Shown here in pieces: positions 35,730 to 46,713 of a DNA stretch of 64,000 nt; the first letter of the stretch is position 1; each line of letters begins with the position of its first letter. The notes under the pieces are model-generated. The model saw only the letters and a list, made by a program, of their open reading frames with translations. It did not search any database and was not told where the DNA came from. The stretch comes from Orbicella franksi (lineage: Eukaryota), in NCBI GenBank assembly GCA_964199315.1, contig OZ116700.1, positions 15,934,001-15,998,000 on the forward strand. Reading direction: 5' to 3'. The translations under genes and the position numbers were made by a program.

Positions 35730-36810
35730 TCACCAAATACTGTCATCCACTCTGGTATAGGTACACCGCTAATGAGTTCCTACGATATTTAAACAGTCAT
35801 CACGATAGCATCAAATTTACTATTGATTTTGAACAAGACAATGAAATTCGTTTTTAGACATCCTCATCAAACGCTGCCCAAACAACACTTTTGCCACATC
35901 CATCTACTGGAAAAAGATGTTCACTGGCCTTTATACTAAATGGGATTCCTTCACTCCATGCAAGCACAAAATAAATCTCATTTGTACACTTACTTATCGC
36001 TGTTACCGAATTTGCTCCTCTGCTTTCCTGCTTAAATCTGCCCTTGATGACCTTCACAAACTCCTGCTTGAAAATGGCCACCCACAAGGTATTATCACTT
36101 ACAACATTAATGACGTCCTAAACAGAAACAGAAACAAGCCACGTAGCCTCGTCCCTACAGTTCTGAAGAAAGATATTATCATCTTATTACCTTACTTAGG
36201 TGTACAAAGTGACCAAATCTCTAAGCATCTGAAATCATGTGTATACAATTTCTGTTCATTTGTCAATCTTAAGTTAATTTTTCAAAGCACTCGCCGAATC
36301 AAATCTTTCTTTCAATACAAGGACCGTCTAAATCGTTCACAAAAATCTAAGGTCATTTATAAAGCTGCTTGCTGGGACTGCAGTGACTTTTACATAGGCA
36401 AAACAAAACGACGGCTTTATGATAGGAAAACGGAACATTTCAGGGCTCTCACTAAGAATGACCCCACATCAGCCATTGCCGACCATATAAAAGCCACAGG
36501 TCACAACATCAAGTGGGATCATTTTGATATTCTAGCTTCTGGTAAAACAGATTATCATTGTAAAATTAAAGAAACTGCTTATCCAAGAACTTAAGCCAGC
36601 TCTTAATGTAAACGTCAGCAGTGAGAAGCTGATACTTTATTAATAAGCTTAGGCTTTTATCGTTTTACTGTTAAGAAACAGATGTTTCTTAATCTCGTTT
36701 CCAGACCCCTTATTTACATTTCATATATAGTTTTCAAAAATTGTAACAGTCTTCTTATTCCACTTTTGAAAATGTATGTTGTGTAGCATACGAAACGTCA
36801 AGTTATTAAA
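35730..36810 (+). mobile_element. Penelope-like retroelement 3' fragment (RT thumb plus GIY-YIG endonuclease)
   Basis: FLDILIKR upstream. ORF 35917-36594 has VIYKAACWDC..FYIGKTKRRL..RKTEH and SAIADH...HNIKWD...IKE. Confidence 0.88.
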
Positions 36811-37890
36811 ATGCATAAGTTTAATATGTTTACCACCACTATTTGTGTTTTATTCCTCGTTAAACTACGATGGCCCAAGAACAAAAGCCTTTATGATACT
36901 GGCATCCAATCGAGGGGGGGTGGGGGAGGGGCGTGGAGGCGAGTATAATACTTCCAGAAATGTCTTCCCTAGTTAGCATGAGAAACCAACGAGCCACTTG
37001 ATTCTCTAAATTGAGATTAAACTACAATTTTTTCTCTATTTTGTTTGTATATTTATTTATTTATTTGTTTGTTTTTTTCGTTTTTTTTTTTCTCTAACAT
37101 ACACTGTAACTAGAATTATAGTGATAACATAATTTCAGCTATATTGGAAACTGGGGACCTAAACTAATAATAATACAAATCTAATGTAGTTAGGTGCCCC
37201 AATGATACAATCTAGCATTTGCAATTTATGAGAGTATTTCACTTCATTTTCTAGGTTATTGACAGGAATGCCAAATCAGTACCTTCCTGTACCAAACATT
37301 CAAACGTTAATTTAATTGATCCCACTGAACTTCGTCCAGTCAATGGAAAGAACGTAATACTGGGAGAAGGATCATATGGTCGATGCCTTCTGAAACACTT
37401 GCCTGGCTAGAAATACAGGTGGTTGAAAAGCAGTCTCTCAACCATAATGCCAGTGAGATGCTGAAGGAAGCTCAAATAATGCAGGCACTGACACAAAAAT
37501 ATTCTTGCCATAATAGGTGTGCAACTTCAAAAGGAGCCCATCTCCTTAATTATCGAGTTCAAAGGGGAATGCGACACATCTGTAACAATAAGTAAACTGT
37601 CATCATCTGACTGTGACAATGAAACAATACAGAATGTAAAAACTACACTGACAAATAATGATTGGTTAAGGTATTCCTGGAGGCTAATTTGCATATATTT
37701 CTCCCATACCTACATGCATCAAATCGGTCAAAACACTGGCCCAAAGTTAGTCACATTTTCACATCTAAAACGTTATTGTATGTACTTTCTTCAAAAAACA
37801 ATATCATTCTGTAAGAATTGAATTTGGCCCTGAAATTTGATATTTGAATGGGCGTGGTCGAAACCCCCTCGGTTTGCTTCTTTCTATATA

Positions 37891-38976
37891 CCGTAAAAAC
37901 TCGTGTATAAGCCGCACCTTTTTGCTGAAATTTTGGGCTCAAAATGGCAGGTGCAGCTTATATACGAGACCATTGCTTTCAGAGGGGGCTAATTGCCTAG
38001 TTAGGGGTCAGATATAGCACTTAAAAACGTAAGTATATAAACATTCAACATTTTGAAACCTGTTGCTGTTGTTGATCATTGCTTTTGATAGAAGTGGTGG
38101 CTCCCAAAGGAGCGTTTGTCTCTTCAGGTTTTAAACCTGAATCTTCTTCGCGAGTAGTTCTTTCAAGCGATTCATTTGTACTTCCTTTGCGCAGCTTAAC
38201 TGTAACTGGCATGGAATCTCCATTCCTCCACAAAGCTGCTTACAATGCCTTCTGCAACCGCTCACTTCAATACTGATCTCTCCGCCATGTGCAAGAAAAT
38301 ACCACGCTATTTGTGAGAACTCACGGGGCAAATGACCGACTGTTTCGGTGTTCTTCACAACTTGCACCGCGTGTTTATCCATAGGATTGTTAAACTCGCG
38401 TCAAGCAACAAGTTTTTCACCAATTGAAGGCTTCCATACATGTTTATAAACATGGTATCCACGCACAGCTGATGTGAAATGGAACTTTTCCATGTTGTTT
38501 ATTGTTCGTTCAATCATTCAATTCGATTGATCTACGTGACTCGGCCCAGGCTTCTTATCGGTTTTTAGCTAGCCAATCAAAGTGTATTTCTCTTGTGTCC
38601 AGACTCTTAAATGACTGCGTGGTTACTAAGCAATCATTTTGCATCCATCGGTCAGAGATTGTTTTGCTCGGATTTCCGTTTGAATTTCATCGTTTTCCAC
38701 TATCGCCTTTAGCAATAAAGGCAACATCTTGTCTAAAGAGCCTCTCTTTAGGAGGATATCGGAAATTCCATTGAAGAATAGCTTGTAAAAGGTATTTCAA
38801 GAGTTATTTAGCTCGCAGCAAATACACAGCATCAGATTTGACCAAGCTTACAATGTACAAGTAATCACTTTCTTTTGCTCAGCGCATTTTAAAGAGTTTT
38901 CTTTTTTTCAAAATCAAGCTCGAAAGTTGGGGGTGTGGCTTATATACGAGTGCGGCTTATACACGAGTTTTTATGG
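37891..38976 (-). mobile_element. TA-flanked mariner/pogo-type non-autonomous element carrying a HIRAN remnant
   Basis: TA|CCGTAAAAACTCGTGTATAAGCCGCAC ... GTGCGGCTTATACACGAGTTTTTATGG|TA. Internal RGYHVYKHVWKPSIGEKLVA*REFNNPMDKHAV...VGHLPREFS...GGMEIPC (about 38131-38470). Confidence 0.85.
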
Positions 38977-41900
38977 TAACTCAAAGAATATTCCTTCCAC
39001 GTTAGAAAGGTTTGGCCAATTGATGCACAACATTGAAAAATAAAATTTTGTGGGAGTACGTCAAGGAAATGTAAAACAGAAAAAATATATGTCTAGAAAT
39101 GTGATTATGTGTACTTATGAAATTGGCGACACTACTACGAGTCTTGAATTCGAAGGCATTTGACGTACTCCCACAAAAAACTTCGTTCACATGCGTAGTT
39201 TATGTCTGCCAAGTTTTAAGTCCTTCCATTTAATCTACGAAAAGAAAATGAAATGAAAAATCCCCACATTTGAAGCACATTCTGTTTTGACACACAAAAT
39301 CAAGCTTTTTTTTTTTAAGCTCTCCTTCGATCGTTTTCAATGGCAGCCATCTTGTCAAGGCCTACAATAACAGTTTCCAGCGGTATATCGTCCAAAACGG
39401 CCCTGTTTTTTACCCCTCTTTCCTTATACAGGGTGCTATTTTTCCCGCCAAACCAATCATAAAAAGCGATTACAAACAATGACGCCTTAGCATAGCAACG
39501 GCACCCGCAACGGCATCCAACTATTAGTGTTGACAGCTGAACGCGACTAGAGCTAAGCAAAATTGAAGCAAGCGAGAAATTGAACGTGCTAGATCTCATA
39601 GACTAAAACCGAAAAAAAAGAGAACAAATTGGAGTGATGCCACCGAAAAAACGACCGAAACAAACGAATGAGAAGTCGGCGAAAGCTAACGAGGCTCAGG
39701 GTTCTGGTTCACAATCGAGAATCGCGCTCGATTTTGAAAAGTTGAGGGAAGCTGGCTGGACGATCAAACAAGAGGAGAGGGAGTCTTCTTTGGGAGTTAA
39801 GGTTTACTTTTGCTACTCAAACCCAGGTGGAAAGACATTGAAAAGTGCTAAGGACGTAGAGCGTCAACTGAAATCAGAAGGAATCTACGAAAGATTCACG
39901 ACTGAAAAAGCTGACCGAGCGCCCCAAATCTGTCAAACAGATGTGAGACCTCAAGGATCTTCTTCATCAGACCCTGATTATGAACCCCATGTGATTCACG
40001 AGGTAAAGGAGGAGAAATGGTGAGTTTTTGGTTGCTTGTGTGTGCAATGTGTTATCTTGATTATGAATATGCTTGTAAACTACTGATTTATGCGATTTTC
40101 ATAAGCTCTGTGAACTTCTATTTATTCAACTGCTCATGTATGTGAGAACTGACATTAGCATTCTTTTGCCATATTGTGTTGTTTTCATCCCAGCCTATTT
40201 ATTCACACTGACAAAGATACCCCTGATGGAAGCATTTGGTTTTTGATATTTTTAGTGGTAGGACTGATGTTCCAGAAGGTTTGTTCGTGGCCACGACTTC
40301 GAGCATTGTCTCTTTTGTTCAAGATTTCAACCAAGTTTTTAAATGTTCATCAAACAACAGAAAATGTAAAGGTATGTTTTATTTTTTTGAGTTTATTCTT
40401 GTAATGATGTCTGATTAGCGAAGGCCACAAGTAAACCCTTTGTTTTCGATACGGTCTACAAAGTGTATCTAACTTGTCTACAGTGTATAAATTTTATTTT
40501 ATGACCCACATGAAATTTAATTTCTCCTTACACTCTGAGTATTACTTTGCTGTGCATTGAGGCTAAAATTCAGAAAACTTGCACCTGACAGCTCTAGTTG
40601 TAGAAGACTAGGGAAATTTAAATTAATTTAGTTTTGGTTCTGTGTCAAAAAAAAACTTGTCTAAATATGATAAAACCCTATTTCTTACCTCTTCTAAGAT
40701 GTCAGTTTTCTGATGTTGAACATTTCCTAGCTAACTTTGACCTGCTGAGTTTTTCTAAATGTTTGCAGCAATTCTCAGTTTTCAAAATGTGTTACAGTCA
40801 AACCTCGACTTACGGCAACCTCTCTGCAAGCGCCACTTTTTTTGGTCGCAGCAGAAAATCCATACATTCACTCTTATTTTACGTCTCTACAATGTCCACC
40901 TCTTGACAATAGCAACAACCAACTAAAACGCATCCTGACTGCCAAAGTAACCTTTCGACCATGGCTTGTTAATCAATTACTGACAAATGGTGAATACAAA
41001 CCACACTTTCTATTGGAAAAGATCACCATGCTTGATCTGTACTGTGTGTATTTGGTCTCTGTTTCTATTTAGTTTTTGTTTTATTGATATATTTTGATTG
41101 TGTTGTATATTTATAGGCTAAAATAAGCCATTTTCCAAAAATTGTGTACACCTGAAAAGAACACGTCATATCCCCCCCCCCCACCTCCCCATAATAGCCA
41201 CCTCTCCACCTCTCTCTCCACTTATTTGTTAGGAAAGCTTGTCCTGACAGCCTTTGAGAAGAAAGGATTTGGAGGGGCTATGGTCTTTGCATTCAAGTGC
41301 AGTGCCTGTTGGATTACTGGAATTGACTACAGAAGTAGTTACCTGGCTCAGGATTCCAGGAGGCAAATAGTATCCTTGGCCCTTACCTTGGCATTTTTTA
41401 CAAGTGGTCATGGTTATGCAGGGTATAGAAAAACACTAGGAAGGGGGTTGGGCTTAGGTATCACCTCTGAAAAGCCCTATTTGGAAGTGATTGACCTTGC
41501 CCTTCCACATATAAAAGACATGGTGGATGAGATGTGCGATGATGCTAAGCATCAAATGAAACAGCTCCCTCCGGAACAAATAGGCAGTTGGTCCAGAGCT
41601 GTAACATGCTGTGATGGGTGCTGGCTAATACGGGGACACTTCAGTCAAAATTGCACCTTTGTCATAAAAAATTACATGACAGGTGCTCTTCTCTATTATG
41701 GCCATCTGTCTATGCGAGGTGCAGATAGGATTTGTGATGAAGAGCTATGGAGAGGCACAGCCGAGGCAGCTGAAGGCCATCTGAGCCAGAAGCTCTGGGC
41801 TAAGGCAAAGGAAGAAGGCCTAAAAGTCACAATAAATTGGCAGGATGCAGATTCTTCATCAGCTAAAGGGTTCAGGTACTCATTTTCAAATGAACAGGAG

Positions 41901-42379
41901 TCAAAAATAATGCTGTGTGGGGGGCATGTGGGAAGGGCACATGGGAAAAGGTTGGAGGAACTGAAAACTATGTCATCATTTACTCCAACATATATTGCCT
42001 TGCACAAATCAGAATTTCCTGCAACTCAATCAGTGAAATGCTGTTGTGCTGGCAACAAGCATAAATTTGTTGCTTCAAGTAACAAACCAGCTTGTGGTTG
42101 CATTGGTCCTGGATTTATTCAAAATGCTAAGCGTAACCATTACTGTGCTTTAGTTCAGGCTGGCACAAGCCCTGAGAAGTACAAAGAGACCATGTTGACT
42201 CTTGGTAAATACTGTTACACTATGCACATTCGCTTGCACCTTTGTATGTTTTAATCATATGCACTTGCACCTTAATTACACTATACAACATTGTCACGCA
42301 CATATCCAGATAGCATGTATTTATTACTTGCAGCAACTTAATAAATTCAGTTTTTGAATGTGTTACCGAACGACAAACA

Positions 42380-42397
42380 TGGTGGCAACGGTGGGAT
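42380..42397 (+). promoter_or_regulatory. Primer-binding site, tRNA-Leu-like
   Basis: TGGTGGCAACGGTGGGAT is complementary, with one mismatch, to a typical animal tRNA-Leu 3' end (ATCCCACCGCTGCCACCA). Confidence 0.65.
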
Positions 42398-42460
42398 TTT
42401 TTTAGTAATCTAACGGATCTAGCGCTTTACCGACTCAACTATTCTTCAGTCTACAGCGAT

Positions 42461-45244
42461 ATGGCTTCGAACACCCCGTTTCCCGAGTTTAAGACAACAG
42501 GAGATGACAAGCACGACCTGGAAACATACATAGAAGATTTGACAGATTACTGCATCATGCAAAATTGGTTCGATCCATTGAAAGAAACTGACGCACTGAA
42601 ATGGACCAAGCCTGATAAAGCTATGGCATGTTTCCGGGCATCTCTATCTCCGGCAGCGAGAACGGTTTATAAATACAGCTTGGGTTTGGATGAAGCCGAC
42701 CAAAAGAAGCCTCATTGTGTCGTCACCGCATTGAGAGAGTATTATGGCGCTAGCGTTGGAGTGTCAGGGGAATGGCAAAAGTTTCTTCGTTTGCTGCAAA
42801 ATGAAAACGAATCGATTGCTTCCTGGGAGACGCGAGTGCGTAATCAAGCAGCACAGTGTGAATATGAAGACTTCGCTGACGAGCTTATGAGGGACCAATT
42901 TATCGCTGGTTTAACGTCTGATACTCTTCGAGTGAAACTTATCGGGAAAGGGCATAAACATAAAAACACCGCCCAAACAAAGGTTACGCTACGAGAAGTT
43001 GTCGAAGTTGCCAAAACGTTCAAAGCGACTGTGTTCGTGAATCAGCTCATGAAAACCGCCAGGAACACACAACAGGAACAAGTGAATTTTACGAGCACAT
43101 CAGCATTTGCAAATCCGCGGCAAAATCTGAAGCCGGTACAGCAATTGTCACAGTGTTTCTGGTGTGGCGGCAACCATCAACAGCCCCGTCAACAGCACTG
43201 CCCAGCATTTGGCAAAAGATGTGGAAAGTGTGGGATCTCTGGTCATTTCGTGCGTGTCTGTAGAGGTGGAGCAAGGCGACAAGGACGACAGCAGCAATCA
43301 AATTTTGTCGATGAAGACAACGGTGAAGAAGCATTTGTGATGGATTGCGAGACACCCTCACAACCTGCAAGGAAATTCTTTGCCCATTTACATCTTATAC
43401 ATGGAGAAAAAACAAAAGTAGTGAAAGCACAAATCGACTCGGCATCCACGTGTAACACCATACCCATCAGTCTACTAAGCGAGGTGTTTCCTGACGTAAA
43501 GATTTCGCAGACCAGAAGCAGAATTAACACGTATGGAAGCAAAACTATGCGCCCTGAAGGCCAAGTAACTTTGTGTTGTGACAGAAGGGGCAAGATTCAC
43601 ACCATAGATTTTCTTGTGGTCAACGTGCCTAATGAGAAACCACCACTTCTCAGCGGAAGAGATGCACAAGCCCTGGGTTATTTGAAGATGTATGCTGATG
43701 AAGCAAACGCAGTTGAAGAAGAAATTCCGCGCAATATGCAGTGACCTCCACCACTAGGAAAACTGACAAAGGAAGACATGCTTCACCACTACTCAAACGT
43801 ATTTAAGCCAGGCCGCAGAAATCCTCTTGGAACCCCCTTGCACATTGAACTTGATCCTAATGTTACTCCAGTGCACGCCTCAACGCATCAAGTTCCCGTG
43901 GCAAAGTTGGACAGAGTAAATGACGAGTTAAAGAGACTATGCAATGAAGGCATCATAAGGCCGGTCACACAGCCTACAGACTGGCTCTCAAACATCCTGG
44001 TGAAAGAGAAACCGAACGGCAAACTTCGAATATGCATTGATCCAAGTCAAACCATTAACAAGGCCATCAGAAGACCCAAGTACACAATACCGACGATTGA
44101 AGAGAAGCTTCCACAACTGACTAAGGCCAAAGTGTTCACAATTGTTGATGTATCTGAAGCTTTTCACACCATCGTGATGGATGAAGAGTCTTCTTTACTA
44201 ACAACGTTCCAGGGACCAAATGGTCGCTACTGCTACACTCGCATGCCATTTGGGATCGCCTCGGGACCGGAGGAGTATCAACGGCGCCAACATGAATTCT
44301 TAGACGGCTTACACGGGGTAATAAACATTGCCGACGACATCTGTGTTTTTGGATGCAGAGATTCAAAAGAGGAAGCTGACATTGATCACGATAAAAATCT
44401 TACAAGCCTGTTAGAAAAGTGCAGCAACCATGACCTGCGACTTTCGGTGAAGAAATTACAGTTTAAATCTCCCTCTGTCACCTTTATGGGGCACAAGCTT
44501 ACCGACAAAGGCGTAGAACCCGATCCAGCTAAAGTAGCCGCAATTACAGAGATGCCAGCGCCCACTGACAAATCTGGGGTAGAGCGATTTCTTGGCATGT
44601 GCCAATACTTAAGCAAGTTCTGCCATAACTTGTCAGAAACAGTTCTTCCATTGAGGGACTTGACTAAGGAGGACTCTGCATTCATGTGGTCAAACAATCA
44701 TGAAAATGCATTTAACTCGGCAAAGAACCTCATTGCTTCAGCAACTACATTACGCTACTACGACGCAACCCTTCCCGTGACGCTACAAGTGGATGCATCT
44801 GAAGATGCCATCGGTGGCGTATTGCTACAAAATGATCAACCTGTTTGCTTTACATCACATACCCTCAACAGCACAGAGAAGAACTACACCCAAATTGAGA
44901 AAGAGTGCCTTGCAATCGTCTCTTGCATGGATAAGTGGCACCAGAACCTATACGGAAAGCACGACATAACGGTACATACAGATCACCAGCCGCTTGAGAC
45001 AATATTCAAGAAGCCTCTCAACAAAGCTCCTCGCAGACTGCAAAGAATGATGCTGAAGTTGCAAAGATATCAGTTCACTGTCCGATACAAGAAAGGAAAG
45101 GAACTCTACGTTGCGGACACCTTGTCTCGTGCAGCCGTCACTGGTCAGCCCTCCTCCACTGCCAAGCAAGAATGCAAAGTGTTCCGTTTGGAAATAGCTG
45201 AGATGGATCTTGAACCAAACCGAGTTACACCCGACACACTCAAA
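42461..45244 (+). pseudogene. Gypsy gag-protease-RT-RNase H
   Basis: CCHC knuckle, IDSAST protease, RT (IADDI) and RNase H (VDASE, YTQIEKE). One in-frame stop at 43742; cut at 45244. Confidence 0.93.
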
Positions 45245-46713
45245 ACTAAAGTGTTCATGTAAACAAAGTCTTTACATCTCCGCAAGAAAGTCATTAAAGT
45301 GTTCATTCCATAAGGAAGTCGTTGAATCGTGAGGGAAGTCTACGTTCTCTTGTTGAACGGCGAGGTGGCGGTGTAGGCTCTTGGTCCAACGGCTGATCCG
45401 TTTCCTCTGTTTGTCCACTTTCAGATGGTAGGGATGCAGTTTCCAATCGGTCCAATTTTTCATCATAGTTGCCCACTGCAGGTTCTGCCTTTGCCTCCCT
45501 GATTTGTGCGTGGTTTTGCCGGACTGGTCCCATTGCTGTGCTCACGAGGCAGGACCTTGGTGCAGGTCTTCCAATTACCTCCCCATAGATCCAGGGTTGG
45601 TGTTTGTTCATAGGCCTAGGTTTCACATACACTTTTTCTCCTTTTAGAACTCGGTTAGCGGCGCCGGCACCCGCTTGTCGTACTGAGCCTTAGATCTCCG
45701 TCTTCTTTCCGCAATTTTTTCTTGTACTAGACTTGGGGACACTGTCTGTGGAACAAGTTGACGCGGAGCTGTGGGAATGTCCTGCAGTCTTCTAGACATT
45801 AGGCGTTGTGCTGGCGAGTAATTGTATCCCTGCTGGGGTGTGTTTCAGTATGCTAGGAGGGCCAGATAGGGGTCCTCATGGCAAGACTTTTTCAGAATGT
45901 TCTTTGCAATTTTGACTGTGGACTCCGCCTTTCCGTTCCCTCGGCTGTGGTATGGCGATGATTTGCGTATGATGAAACCGTATTCTCGAGCAAAACGTGA
46001 ATATTCATGGCTTTCAAACTGTGGGCCGTTATCGGTTATGCACTCGTCTGGAATTCCATGTCGAGCAAATTGTCTTTTCATGGCTCGAATAACTGTTGGC
46101 TGATGTGTTCCCGCTGAGGGGGTCTAGTTCAAAGAAGTCGCTGTAATGGTCGACCATAACGAGGTAGTTGCTTCCATCCAGCTGAAAAAGGTCGGCACTT
46201 ATTTTGGACCACAGTCTAGTGGGTATCTCATGGGATTTCATTGGTTCTTGCGGTCGCTCAGTTAGGTATTGGGCACAAAGTCCACATGATAAACATTGCT
46301 CTCTGATTGCTGCTTGCATTCCTGGCCAGAACAGGGACTCGCGTGCCCGTCTTATACTGCTGTCAGCTCCCTGGTGTGCTTTGTGTATTTTCTGTAACAT
46401 CTCGTCTCATAGAGTGGCTGGAACAATAACTTGATGGGACCTGTAGAGGACACCATCATAAACTGAAATTTCATCTCTGAAATTCCAGTACAGTCTCAGG
46501 TGCTCTGGGGTTTCCTTTCTTTCTGAAGGCCACCCATTCAATACCACCGTGTGTAGGGCTGCTAGAACTGGGTCTTTGGCGGTTTCTCGTCTTATTCGTT
46601 TGAGTGTGTCGGGTGTAACTCGGTTTGGTTCAAGATCCATCTCAGCTATTTCCAAACGGAACACTTCGCATTCTTGCTTGGCAGTGGAGGAGGGCTGACC
46701 AGTGACGGCTGCA
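45245..46713 (-). pseudogene. Gypsy integrase region in inverted orientation
   Basis: Minus-strand ORFs carry HKAHQG...WPGM...CGLC, ISADLF, VDHYS and ITDNGPQF...GKAESTVK, directly continuing the RNase H linker. Confidence 0.93.

Larger units (their letters stand above)
30369..37669 (+). pseudogene. Interrupted protein-kinase gene remnant (exon 30369-30596 and kinase exon 37257-37669)
   Basis: The second exon reads ILGEGSYGRCLLKH...QVVEK...EMLKEAQIMQALT...IIGVQLQKEPISLIIEFKG, a kinase N-lobe with frameshifts. Joining it to the basic exon at 30369 (phase-0 donor AAA|GTAAG) is inference. Confidence 0.5.

Noticed and set aside
42380-42400. tRNA gene
   Set aside because: Only an 18-nt complement of a tRNA 3' end (PBS); no cloverleaf.
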